Shown here one piece after another: positions 1 to 9,340 of a stretch of DNA of 64,000 nucleotides. The notes under the pieces are model-generated. The model ran no database searches, was not told the DNA's origin, and saw only the letters and a list, made by a program, of their open reading frames with translations. Made by a program: the position numbers and the translations under genes. The stretch lies in assembly GCA_024639935.1 (NCBI GenBank), contig JAHEFZ010000009.1, positions 3,894-67,893 of the forward strand. The letters run 5' to 3'. Position 1 is the first letter of the stretch. Every line of letters starts with the position of its first letter. The stretch is from Microbacteriaceae bacterium (lineage in GTDB: Bacteria; Actinomycetota; Actinomycetes; Actinomycetales; Microbacteriaceae).

Positions 1-339
1 GGTATCGGCAGTGACGTCACCGAACACGTGCGGATGGCGACCGACCATCTTGTCGCGAGCAACACGAGCAACATCCTCGATGGTGAACGGGTGGTCGGGG
101 TCGGCAGCCCCCAGGTCTGCGTGAAACAACACTTGGTACAACACGTCCCCGAGTTCTTCGATCATGTGCGTTCGATCGCCCGATTCGACGGCGTCGATGA
201 ACTCGTGACTTTCTTCAATCAAGTATTTGAGCAGCGACTCGTGGGTCTGTTCGCGGTCCCACGCACAGCCGTCCTCACCTCGCAGCCTCGCCATCACGGC
301 GATCAGGGCATCAAGTTCGGGGTGGGTGGGTTCGCTCAT
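1..339 (-). CDS. mazG: nucleoside triphosphate pyrophosphohydrolase MazG, N-terminal part (gene runs off the window start)
   Basis: Reverse-strand translation from the ATG at 339 gives MSEPTHPELDALIAVMARLRGEDGCAWDREQTHESLLKYLIEESHEFIDAVESGDRTHMIEELGDVLYQVLFHADL, which carries the MazG EELGD-L motif. ATGA overlap with the mfd stop. Absent from the ORF track because there is no stop inside the window. The + ORF 28..354 is its antisense shadow. Confidence 0.8.
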   Translation of the reverse strand, partial: MSEPTHPELDALIAVMARLRGEDGCAWDREQTHESLLKYLIEESHEFIDAVESGDRTHMIEELGDVLYQVLFHADLGAADPDHPFTIEDVARVARDKMVGRHPHVFGDVTADT

Positions 340-3300
340 GTGGTTTCACCATAGATGGCGTTGACAAGGTCGCGCACCCATTCGATGAGGTCGTCGCCTT
401 CGCGCGTCGACATCGGGATGAGCGCCGCCGACATCGCCTGCACGTATCGCGCGCCCGAATACAGGCGAACGAGCCTCGCTTGCCGCGAATCGAGAAGCTC
501 CGGTCCAACGATTCTCAGGTTCGGCCCAGCGGGGATGAGTTCGGTGATGCCGAGTTCAGCAATCTGACGGCGAAGCCTGGACACGTTCGCCAACGTCATC
601 ACTTGAGCCGGTGGCTCGCCATAACGGTCGCGCATCTCGTCGAGTTCGGTGTCGATTGCGTCGATGGCTGCCGTCGGGAACGACGCGGCAGACATCTTTT
701 GGTACGCCTCGAGGCGCAGGCGTTCGCTCTCGATGTAGTCCTCGGGAATTCGCGCATCGACGGGAATCTCGAGACGGAGGTCGTTCGACTCGGGGGCGGC
801 GTCGCCCTTGAATTCGCTGATGGCCTCGGAAATCATCCGCAGGTACAAATCGAAGCCGACACCGGCGATGTGGCCGGCCTGCTCGCCACCGAGCAGATTG
901 CCGGCTCCGCGCAGTTCGAGGTCTTTCAGGGCGATCGCCATTCCCCCGCCGAGATCCGAATTCTGGGCGATGGTCTTCAGGCGTTCGTAGGCGGTTTCGC
1001 TCAGTTCGTGGTCGCGGTCATACAGGAAATACGCATATGCCCGTTCGCGCGAACGGCCGACTCGTCCGCGCAACTGGTGCAATTGGCTCAACCCGTATTT
1101 GTCGGCGCGGTCGATGATGAGCGTGTTCGCGTTGGGGATGTCGAGTCCCGTCTCAACAATCGTCGTCGACACGAGCACATCGAATCGGCGTTCCCAGAAG
1201 TCGACCATGACTTTCTCCAGGGCCGCTTCCGGCATCTTTCCGTGGGCGACGGCGATGCGCGCATCGGGGACGAGTTCCGCCAGTTTCGCGGCGACCCCAG
1301 GAATTGTTGACACGCGATTGTGCACGTAGAACACTTGGCCTTCGCGCAACAGTTCGCGCTTGATGGCGGCGGCGACCTGTTCGTCCGAATACTGACCAAC
1401 ATAGGTGAGGACGGGGTGGCGTTCCTCGGGTGGGGTCGCCAGGGTCGACATCTCGCGAATCCCCGCAATCGCCATTTCGAGCGTGCGCGGAATCGGGGTC
1501 GCACTCATCGACAAGACGTCGACGTTCGTCTTGAGTTGTTTCAGCGTCTCCTTGTGCTCAACGCCAAATCGCTGTTCCTCGTCAATGACAACCAGCCCCA
1601 AGTCTTTGAACGAGATGCCCTTCGACAACAGGCGGTGAGTACCGATAACAACATCGAGTGAGCCGTCGGCGAGTGACGCCAACGTGTGTTTCGCCTCGGC
1701 GTCGGTTTGAAACCGCGACAGCGGCGCGAGCGTCACGGGGAACCCGGCGAATCGTTCGCGGAACGTTTCGATGTGCTGACGAACCAACAACGTGGTCGGA
1801 GCAATTATCGCGACCTGCTTGCCCGCCATGACCGCCTTGAACGCGGCGCGAACCGCGACCTCGGTCTTGCCGAACCCAACGTCCCCGGCCAAAAGGCGAT
1901 CCATCGGGATTTCGCTCTCCATGTCGGCTTTGACCTCGTCGATCGTCGTCAACTGGTCGGGCGTCTCGTGATACGGGAACGCGTCCTCGAGTTCGCGCTG
2001 CCACGGTGTGTCGGGCGGGAACGCAAACCCGCGGCTGGCCGCTCGGGCGGCATACAACTTGACGAGCCCGACCGCGATGTCGCGAACGGCCTTGCGCGCA
2101 CGACCCTTAGTCGACGACCAGTCCGACCCGCCCATCTTGGACAGGCTCGGGTCTTCGCCACCGACGTAACGCGAGACGAGCCCCAATTGGTCGGTGGGAA
2201 CGTACAACTTGTCACCGGGAAAACCGCGCTTGCTGGGTGCGTATTCCAAGACCAGGTATTCGCGCAGGGCTTTCTGCTTTGTCCTGGCCGAGATGACAAT
2301 TTCGCGTTCGACGAGTTCGAGAAACTTTCCGATTCCGTGTGTCTCGTGCACAACAAAGTCGCCCTTGGTCAATTGCAGCGGGTCTACGGTCGTCTTCCGT
2401 TTCGACGCGAGGCGAGTCGAGTCGCGCTGATTTCGAGTCTCGCGCCGCCCGAAGAATTCAGCCTCGCTCATGACCGTCAGTGACGCGTCGATGATTTCGA
2501 CACCGTGGTCGACGGTTCCCTGCACCAAATAGGCGACGCCGGTCTCTGGGTTGTCGGGAACGAACTCGACGGGACGGGCAGCGAGGCCCGCCTCGGCGAG
2601 CAGGTCGCGGGCACGTTCGAGCGTTCCGTGACCGGCGGCAACAACAATGACGATCCCCTTCGCCGCGAGCCTCTCGCCAACGAAGTTCACCGCGCCGTCT
2701 GGGTCTCCGACGAACGACGGGATCGGCTTGGATTCGACCCGCTCCTCGAGTCCCGAGTTCAGCGCCGTCATCGTGTAATAGTCGCGACGGGCGACATCAG
2801 CACGGAACTGGTCAAACTCGACGAAATCGGCCTTGTCGACGTTGATGGGCACCACGCCGCCATCCCCAACCTGATTCCAGGCGGCGGCAAGGAATTCTTG
2901 GTTCGTGATGCGCAGGCTCTCGGCTCGGGCGCGAACCCGGTCGGGTCCGACGACAATCACGGTTGCGGAGTCCGGGAAATAGTCCATGAGCGGAACGACC
3001 TCGTCGACGAGGACCGGCAAGAGCGACTCCATGCCGATGACTCCGATGCCCTCGGCGATGGGCTCGGCCATCGACCGCAGAGCCGGAATCGTGTCGGCCA
3101 GTTTCCGCGCCTTGGCCCGCACCGCGGCGGTCAACGCGATTTCGCGCACGGGGGTGATCTCGACCAATTTCACCTGACCGAGCGAGCGCTGGTCGGACAC
3201 CGCAAATTCACGGATCTCGTCGATGTCGTCGCCAAAGAAATCGACACGAACGGGATGGGCCGCGAGCGGGGGAAACACGTCGAGTATTCCGCCTCGCAGG

Positions 3301-3794
3301 GCAACCTCACCTCGGCGCGACACGAGGTCGACGCGTTGGTAACCCAGTTCGACGAGTGACCGTGACACTTCGAGCAGGTCGCGGCGTTCGCCGACCGAAA
3401 TCGTGAGGAGTGGCCGATCCGCTAGGTCAGCGGCGAGGGGCTGAAGGGCGGCGCGCACGCTCGCGATGACGACAAGGCTCTCGATGCCGTTCCAGGTGCT
3501 AAGTGCCCGCAGGGTTGCGATTCGATTCGCGACCGTTTCGCTCGACGGGCTCAGACGTTCATGCGGAAGCGTCTCCCACGACGGAAAAATAAGGGACCGG
3601 ACTCCCCACGTCGCGAGCGACTCTGACATCGCCTGGGCTTCGTTGCCCGTCGCGGTGACCAGCAACACGAGTTTTGGTTCGCGGCACATCGCGGCGATGA
3701 GGGGCGCGCGGGCACCGTCCTCGAGCGACAGAGCCGGGCCTCGAAGTTGGTTCGCGGCATCGACCAACACCGATGCCACTCCCCGAAGACTCAC
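336..3794 (-). CDS. mfd: transcription-repair coupling factor Mfd
   Basis: 1152-aa ORF. Has the CarD-like segment (GDFVVHETHGIGKF), SF2 helicase motifs (GDVGFGKTEVA, DEEQRFG, QLHQLRGRVGR) and the TRCF C-terminal domain. mfd-mazG order is typical of Actinobacteria. Confidence 0.95.
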   Translation of the reverse strand: MSLRGVASVLVDAANQLRGPALSLEDGARAPLIAAMCREPKLVLLVTATGNEAQAMSESLATWGVRSLIFPSWETLPHERLSPSSETVANRIATLRALSTWNGIESLVVIASVRAALQPLAADLADRPLLTISVGERRDLLEVSRSLVELGYQRVDLVSRRGEVALRGGILDVFPPLAAHPVRVDFFGDDIDEIREFAVSDQRSLGQVKLVEITPVREIALTAAVRAKARKLADTIPALRSMAEPIAEGIGVIGMESLLPVLVDEVVPLMDYFPDSATVIVVGPDRVRARAESLRITNQEFLAAAWNQVGDGGVVPINVDKADFVEFDQFRADVARRDYYTMTALNSGLEERVESKPIPSFVGDPDGAVNFVGERLAAKGIVIVVAAGHGTLERARDLLAEAGLAARPVEFVPDNPETGVAYLVQGTVDHGVEIIDASLTVMSEAEFFGRRETRNQRDSTRLASKRKTTVDPLQLTKGDFVVHETHGIGKFLELVEREIVISARTKQKALREYLVLEYAPSKRGFPGDKLYVPTDQLGLVSRYVGGEDPSLSKMGGSDWSSTKGRARKAVRDIAVGLVKLYAARAASRGFAFPPDTPWQRELEDAFPYHETPDQLTTIDEVKADMESEIPMDRLLAGDVGFGKTEVAVRAAFKAVMAGKQVAIIAPTTLLVRQHIETFRERFAGFPVTLAPLSRFQTDAEAKHTLASLADGSLDVVIGTHRLLSKGISFKDLGLVVIDEEQRFGVEHKETLKQLKTNVDVLSMSATPIPRTLEMAIAGIREMSTLATPPEERHPVLTYVGQYSDEQVAAAIKRELLREGQVFYVHNRVSTIPGVAAKLAELVPDARIAVAHGKMPEAALEKVMVDFWERRFDVLVSTTIVETGLDIPNANTLIIDRADKYGLSQLHQLRGRVGRSRERAYAYFLYDRDHELSETAYERLKTIAQNSDLGGGMAIALKDLELRGAGNLLGGEQAGHIAGVGFDLYLRMISEAISEFKGDAAPESNDLRLEIPVDARIPEDYIESERLRLEAYQKMSAASFPTAAIDAIDTELDEMRDRYGEPPAQVMTLANVSRLRRQIAELGITELIPAGPNLRIVGPELLDSRQARLVRLYSGARYVQAMSAALIPMSTREGDDLIEWVRDLVNAIYGETT

Positions 3795-3820
3795 CTCGAC
3801 AGTCTACGGCTGGCCAAAAA

Positions 3821-4399
3821 TCAGGACGGCGAGTGGTACCGCAGTTGCGCCTGGGCGAGGCCCTCGAGAACAATCGCCTCGACGGCACCCGCGGCGTCGG
3901 CGATGAGGCTCGGAACCGTTTCGCGTTCGACCTTGGTGAACGGCTCAAGGACGTGCACCGCCGTGTCCTTCTGTCCTGATGGTCGGCCGACGCCGACACG
4001 AACGCGAAGGAAATCCGCACCAATGTGGTCGATGGTGGAACGCACACCGTTTTGACCCCCGTGACCGCCACCCGCCTTGATGCGAACGGTGTCGAAGTCA
4101 AGGTCGATGTCGTCGTGAATCACGATGACGTGGTCGGGCTCGATGCCGAAGAATTTTGCGAGCTGCCCGATGGGCCCACCTGACAGGTTCATGAAACACA
4201 TCAGCGTCGCAAGAATCACCCGGTCGGTGCCGGGTCGAAATCGACCCTCGGCGACCATGGCGATGGACTTGTGACGCTTTGGCTTCTCGCCGAGCTGTTC
4301 AGCGAGGCTGTCGATCACGCGGTGACCAACAGAGTGACGATGCGCGGCGTAGTCAGGCCCGGGGTTCCCAAGCCCGACTACGAGCCACGCATCGGTCAT
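3821..4399 (-). CDS. pth: peptidyl-tRNA hydrolase
   Basis: 192 aa with N-terminal LVVGLGNPGPDYAAHRHSVGH, the Pth signature. Lies immediately downstream of rplY, as in other Actinobacteria. Confidence 0.95.
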   Translation of the reverse strand: MTDAWLVVGLGNPGPDYAAHRHSVGHRVIDSLAEQLGEKPKRHKSIAMVAEGRFRPGTDRVILATLMCFMNLSGGPIGQLAKFFGIEPDHVIVIHDDIDLDFDTVRIKAGGGHGGQNGVRSTIDHIGADFLRVRVGVGRPSGQKDTAVHVLEPFTKVERETVPSLIADAAGAVEAIVLEGLAQAQLRYHSPS

Positions 4400-4401
4400 G
4401 A

Positions 4402-5016
4402 TTATTCGGCAGCGCCTTCAGCTGCCGGTGCGGCCTCGGCGGCGGCAGGTGCAGCGTCAGTGCCCAGCGACTCGGCACTCGGCACAGCCTGGATAGCGAC
4501 GATGATCGCCTCGGGGTCGAGTTGCAGTTTGACTCCGGCGGGAAGAGTGACGTCTTTCGCCGAGATGTGGGTGTGCTCGAGCATTCCGGTGACGTCGACC
4601 TCGAGGTGCTCGGGAATCTGCGTCGCTTCGGCCTCGACCTGGATGGTCTGGTGCTCGAGCATCGCGACGGTTCCGGGGAACGGGTGACCGATAACCGAAA
4701 CGGGGATGTTGACCGTGACGGTCTCGCCCTTCTTGACGATGACGAGGTCAACGTGCTCGATGATCTGACGGACGTAGTCCTTCTGGACGTCCTTAACGAG
4801 AACGAGTTCTTTCTTGCCGTTCACGTCGAGGTCGATGAGGACGTTCTTGTGACGGACGAGGAGGCTCAGCTCGTGTGCGTTGACCATCACGTGACGCGGG
4901 TCTTCGCCGTGTCCGTAGATGACCGCGGGGACGTTTCCGAGTGCGCGCAGCTTGCGTGCAGCGCCCTTACCGAAGGACGCACGTTCTTCGCCCTTGAGTG
5001 CAAATTGTTCAGCCAT
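4402..5016 (-). CDS. rplY: 50S ribosomal protein L25 / general stress protein Ctc
   Basis: MAEQFALKGEERASFGKGAARKLRALGNVPAVIYGHG is a typical L25/Ctc N-terminus, and the tail is Ala/Glu-rich. I trimmed the start to the internal ATG at 5016. The track ORF extends to 5112 with a non-homologous leader. Confidence 0.9.
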   Translation of the reverse strand: MAEQFALKGEERASFGKGAARKLRALGNVPAVIYGHGEDPRHVMVNAHELSLLVRHKNVLIDLDVNGKKELVLVKDVQKDYVRQIIEHVDLVIVKKGETVTVNIPVSVIGHPFPGTVAMLEHQTIQVEAEATQIPEHLEVDVTGMLEHTHISAKDVTLPAGVKLQLDPEAIIVAIQAVPSAESLGTDAAPAAAEAAPAAEGAAE

Positions 5017-5215
5017 GATGTTGCCTTTCGCGGGGTGGTGACCCCTGGGTTGTGTTTCAACTCGAACGCCGGAAGCGTGAGGAAGACCAGGTCCGCCCAC
5101 CGCGTCGATCACGGACCCGTTGGTCCCTCGCCGAAGTTCGTTCTAACCCTATCGGATAGGCTGAAGGTTGATTTCCACGGGACTTCTTTCGGGGTCCCCC
5201 TCGAACGGAGTGTGC

Positions 5216-6655
5216 ATGTCTCACGCCAACATCGGTGTCGTCGGTCTCGCGGTTATGGGATCGAATCTGGCGCGCAACCTCGCCAGTCGCGAGGGAAACA
5301 GCGTCGCGGTGTACAACCGCTCGTGGGACAAGACGGAACACCTCGTCGAGGCACACCCCGAAGCGAACTTTGTCGCGGCGAAAACGATTCAGGAGTTCGC
5401 CGCGTCGCTCTCGAAACCCCGCACCGCAATCATCATGGTCAAGGCGGGCGCTGGAACTGACGCCGTCATCGACCAATTGTGCGAGGTCTTCGAGCCGGGC
5501 GACATCATCGTCGACGGCGGAAACGCGCTGTTCACGGACACGATTCGTCGCGAAAAAGCGGTCCGCGAGACGGGCATAAATTTTGTTGGCGCGGGCATTT
5601 CCGGTGGTGAAGAGGGCGCTCTGACCGGGCCGTCCATCATGCCCGGCGGTTCGGCCGAGGCGTGGGAGACGCTCGGGCCGATCCTCAAGTCAATCGCCGC
5701 TGTCGTGGACGGCGAACCCTGTGTCACCCACATCGGCACCGACGGCGCCGGCCACTTCGTCAAGATGATTCACAACGGCATCGAGTACGCCGACATGCAG
5801 TTGATCGCCGAGGCGTACGACCTCATCCGTCGCGGCACGGGCAAGTCCCCCGCGGAAATCGCCGACGTTTTCACCGAGTGGAACAAGGGCGAACTCGAGT
5901 CGTACCTGATCGAGATCACCGCCGAAGTTCTGCGCCAGGTCGACGCGTCCACCGGCAAGCCGCTCGTGGACGTCATTCTGGACGAGGCGGGTTCCAAAGG
6001 CACCGGTGTCTGGACTGTTCAGACAGCACTGTCTCTCGGAACTCCTGTGTCGGGAATCGCTGAGGCCGTGTTCGCGCGAGGGCTGTCTTCGCACCCCGAA
6101 CAGCGGACGCTGGCCAGCGGAATGCCTGGCCCCGACTCGTTCACGGTGAAAGACGCCGACGCATTTATCGAGGACGTTCGGCAAGCCCTGTATGCCTCCA
6201 AGATTGTGGCGTATTCACAGGGATTCGACGCGATTCGCGCCGGGGCTGCTGAATACAACTGGAACATCGACCTCGGCGAGGTCGCCCGCATTTGGCGCGG
6301 CGGCTGCATCATTCGCGCACAGTTCCTCAACCGCATAACAGAGGCGTATCGCGCCGACGAATCTCTCGCGCTCTTGATGGCCGCTCCGTATTTTGCGAAA
6401 GCCGTCTCGGGCGCTCAAGCCGCGTGGCGTCGTATCGTCATCGCCGCGACCGAGGCCGGAATCCCGGCCCCCGCGTTCGGATCGTCACTGTCGTACTACG
6501 ACGGACTGCGTGCCGACCGGCTGCCCGCCGCTGTCATCCAAGGCCAGCGCGACTTTTTCGGCGCCCACACTTACAAGCGAGCCGACAAGCCCGGCACGTT
6601 CCACACCCTCTGGTCGGGCGATCGCACCGAGGTCGCGGCGGAAGATACGCATTAG
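5216..6655 (+). CDS. gnd: NADP-dependent 6-phosphogluconate dehydrogenase (decarboxylating)
   Basis: IGVVGLAVMGSNLARNL Rossmann motif. The conserved GHFVKMIHNGIEYADMQLIAEAY and FFGAHTYKR blocks are diagnostic of Gnd. Start trimmed to MSHANIGVVG (the track ORF starts at 5168). Confidence 0.93.
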   Translation: MSHANIGVVGLAVMGSNLARNLASREGNSVAVYNRSWDKTEHLVEAHPEANFVAAKTIQEFAASLSKPRTAIIMVKAGAGTDAVIDQLCEVFEPGDIIVDGGNALFTDTIRREKAVRETGINFVGAGISGGEEGALTGPSIMPGGSAEAWETLGPILKSIAAVVDGEPCVTHIGTDGAGHFVKMIHNGIEYADMQLIAEAYDLIRRGTGKSPAEIADVFTEWNKGELESYLIEITAEVLRQVDASTGKPLVDVILDEAGSKGTGVWTVQTALSLGTPVSGIAEAVFARGLSSHPEQRTLASGMPGPDSFTVKDADAFIEDVRQALYASKIVAYSQGFDAIRAGAAEYNWNIDLGEVARIWRGGCIIRAQFLNRITEAYRADESLALLMAAPYFAKAVSGAQAAWRRIVIAATEAGIPAPAFGSSLSYYDGLRADRLPAAVIQGQRDFFGAHTYKRADKPGTFHTLWSGDRTEVAAEDTH

Positions 6656-6678
6656 ATACGGGTGTAACCCATTCTCAA

Positions 6679-6701
6679 GTGACAGCAGCTCACATTTTTT
6701 T
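6679..6701 (+). terminator. weak candidate intrinsic terminator after gnd (4-bp stem GTGA/TCAC followed by T7)
   Basis: The sequence gtgacagcagctcacattttttt lies 24 nt after the gnd stop. The stem is short, so this is weak. Confidence 0.3.
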
Positions 6702-6823
6702 GGGACCCACTCCCACATCCCTCGCCGTTCCCCTTTTCACAAACGTGGGGAAAAAGGTTTCGGCAGGAATTGAAACTTGCACCAAACGCCTTAGCTGAAG
6801 TGTGAACTTTACGTAATGCAGGG

Positions 6824-7669
6824 CTACCCGGGCAGTTCGGCCCAAATACTCCGAACGTCTTCCAGCGAGTTAAGCTCGCGGAGCGGGGTGAAATCAAAGG
6901 AGTCGCCTTCTTCGTCTAGGTGAATTCGAGTTCCTCTAGCGAAAGCTGGACGCGTAAGTTGGCTGAAGTGTCTCTCGCTGCCAAACTCGACAACATCGAT
7001 CAAGACTGCAATGGTCGACGCCGGTAAGCCCTCATCGTCTTCGATGGATTCATTAGTCCAGCCGTACCAGGGCCTGCCCTTCTTGTTCAAAACCTCTCCC
7101 GTCATAAGGTTGACGATTGCCTCGGGGTTCTCATCGTGAGTAAGTACCCACAACCAAGCCGACCACGAAGTCGATGCAGTTGGAGGGGTCATGCTCCTCC
7201 AACTTTCAGGAATGGAGAATTCTGACAGGAAAGGATGAACTTGTACGTCCTCAGCCTGAACAAAACAACCCCAAATTACGTCCCGGCACCTCGATCGGTC
7301 CTCGCAAAGGAATTGAGCAACTCTGATCGCACCTTTTATAGCTCCGAGATTGAAATCAGCACCTTCACCGGCTGGAACCTCCGACTCAGACATTATGTGC
7401 AACGCCGTTTCTCTGGGAGAGTAAGCCGCTCGTGACCAAATGAACTCGACCAGTTCACCCTCCGCTAGTGCATTTTCACCGAGCCGGTTGAGGAGAATTT
7501 GGTGCTGCTCGTCGTAACTGCTCAAGGTGAGGCAGTCATAATGACCGTCGAAAGGATGGGTGGCCAGTATCGCCCGCTGATTGTCAACCAACTTGAGAAG
7601 TTCAGCACTAACCATCCAAGACAGGATTTTCTTGGCATTACCACTGAGTTCAAAGTCGATTTCAAACAT
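6824..7669 (-). CDS. hypothetical protein (orphan, AT-rich islet)
   Basis: 281-aa ORF with no competing long ORF on the other strand. It lies in a region visibly AT-richer than its flanks. I recognise no family motif. Confidence 0.6.
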   Translation of the reverse strand: MFEIDFELSGNAKKILSWMVSAELLKLVDNQRAILATHPFDGHYDCLTLSSYDEQHQILLNRLGENALAEGELVEFIWSRAAYSPRETALHIMSESEVPAGEGADFNLGAIKGAIRVAQFLCEDRSRCRDVIWGCFVQAEDVQVHPFLSEFSIPESWRSMTPPTASTSWSAWLWVLTHDENPEAIVNLMTGEVLNKKGRPWYGWTNESIEDDEGLPASTIAVLIDVVEFGSERHFSQLTRPAFARGTRIHLDEEGDSFDFTPLRELNSLEDVRSIWAELPG

Positions 7670-7756
7670 ACATAGATTCTCTCATCCACCACCGACAATT
7701 CACGATGTCAGAGGGTGGTCGTAAAGTAACCAATCTCATCGAGAAGGAGGAAGCTT

Positions 7757-8089
7757 ATGTGGATATTTACAAGAGATGGATTCGTGAGCGCGGTTTACAA
7801 GTATGAAGGGGTGCAAGTTCGATCACGCGACAAACAATCGCTGAAGCGCAGTGCGAAATTTTGCGGTGTCGACGTTCGTCATTCACCAATGGCCGACTAT
7901 CCCTATCGGATCACCACGACCAGAGAAAATTTCGCAAATTGGCTGAGCTCTGAAGTCATGGAAATAGATTACTCGAACTTCAAGGCTGAGGTTCAAGTGG
8001 TTCGCGGGCTGAAATTCGTTCGACCGCTTCACTCCGTCTGGGATCTCATGCATGACGTTGAAGACGACAACGCTCGAAACAGTTGTTGA
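7757..8089 (+). CDS. hypothetical small protein (orphan, AT-rich islet)
   Basis: 110-aa ORF preceded by a strong Shine-Dalgarno (gaaggaggaagcttATG). Begins MWIFTRDGFVSAV and contains DYSNFK. Divergent from the 281-aa ORF across 87 bp. Confidence 0.6.
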   Translation: MWIFTRDGFVSAVYKYEGVQVRSRDKQSLKRSAKFCGVDVRHSPMADYPYRITTTRENFANWLSSEVMEIDYSNFKAEVQVVRGLKFVRPLHSVWDLMHDVEDDNARNSC

Positions 8090-8171
8090 CCCGATGTCAC
8101 TGATGTTCGGGCAGTGTGAACTCGATAATCTTGAGTTGTTGAGAATTCCGCGGGAAAAGTGAAGGAGACGA

Positions 8172-9164
8172 TTGATGGAACAAATCAAAAGACTTGCATG
8201 GGATATCTCAAACTGCACCGAAGTGCATAAGGCTCAGGCCGACGGTGCACATCCTTGCCATGGGGTTGTGGACTGGCAGTTCAAGGAATGGCAAAATCTT
8301 GATCCGTCACTGACCGCGGATGAAATATCCAAGAAAAAACTGCAACGCCCCGAAGCTTGGACAGGAGATTTGCAGGGCGCAAAAATTCTTTTCTTGGCGA
8401 GTAATCCGAGTTTTGATTCCAACGAACGATTCCCGACATGGGACGAAACTGGCAAAGCTTGGGATGGTCACTCGTGGGACAAGGAAAGCGTTGTGGCTTT
8501 TGCCTCACACCGATTCGTTGACAAAGGCTCTCGTGACTTCGGTGCTACAGATGGGCCGAATCCTGAAGACTTAGACAGAACCATTCTGGAAGACGGTAAT
8601 GTCTCAGCAAAGGTAAATCATTGGCGATGGGTGCGTAACTTGGCTGCGTTCATCCTTGAAAAATCGGCCGCGGAAACCTCCGCTCACTCTGATTATGTGA
8701 TGACGGAGATAGTGCATTGCAAGTCGACTTACGAGGCCGGGGTTCCCAAAGCCATTCCGAAATGCTCCGAGATGTGGCTAGATCGCATGTGGCAGAACAC
8801 TGGAGCGCGCATAATTATCGTCGCAGGTGCGAAAGCGGGAGAGGAATTTGCTCGGCTTTATGGAGACCAGCTCCCCGACGACTGGGGAAGTTGGACTTCT
8901 AAGCCGTCTTGCCCGTCTAAAGGAAAAGGAACTTGGCCCGCGTCTGTTGATGAACTTGAAAAGTGGGTGGCCGATGATATGTGGGGTGAGACTCAACAGC
9001 GCGCACATACGGCCTCGCTTGAACTCGGAGGCAAGGAACGACTGGTCATTTATTTTGCGCGACCAGGTGGAACAAGTCCGACCGCCCCTTGGAAGAATAA
9101 TTCGCTGTTAGACCAGAGAATCTTAGTTTCTTGGAGAGAAGCACTATCACGCCCCCGAGACTAA
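8172..9164 (+). CDS. hypothetical protein with uracil-DNA glycosylase superfamily-like motif layout (tentative)
   Basis: 330-aa ORF with SD gaaggagacgattgATG. Motif order is KILFLASNPS (aa 71-80; compare G-I/M-N-P-G of the MUG/SMUG families), then VMTEIVHCKS...C..WL...ARIIIVAGAKA (compare family-4 UDG NvvkCRP..C..wL...P.vIv.lG..A), then LVIYFARPGGTS (compare HPS/NPSG motif 2). Judged by eye only. Confidence 0.45.
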   Translation: MMEQIKRLAWDISNCTEVHKAQADGAHPCHGVVDWQFKEWQNLDPSLTADEISKKKLQRPEAWTGDLQGAKILFLASNPSFDSNERFPTWDETGKAWDGHSWDKESVVAFASHRFVDKGSRDFGATDGPNPEDLDRTILEDGNVSAKVNHWRWVRNLAAFILEKSAAETSAHSDYVMTEIVHCKSTYEAGVPKAIPKCSEMWLDRMWQNTGARIIIVAGAKAGEEFARLYGDQLPDDWGSWTSKPSCPSKGKGTWPASVDELEKWVADDMWGETQQRAHTASLELGGKERLVIYFARPGGTSPTAPWKNNSLLDQRILVSWREALSRPRD

Positions 9165-9340
9165 GACGCTCCACGAGCTTTCGTAAACGAATTGATAAAG
9201 TTCGAAAAAGGTGCGTTAATCTCAAATGTCTGACGAATTATTCGTTCCAAACAATTTGTCTAACGGCATCCTCGCGCAACGTTTCGAAATACAATGACCG
9301 TTGTCAATAATAGCGCTTCGGAATCTTCTAAAGTAGTGGC

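Noticed and set aside
28-354. 108-aa + strand ORF at the window start
   Set aside because: Its reverse complement encodes a clear MazG N-terminus with the EELGDVLYQ motif and an ATGA overlap with mfd. The + ORF is an antisense shadow typical of high-GC DNA.
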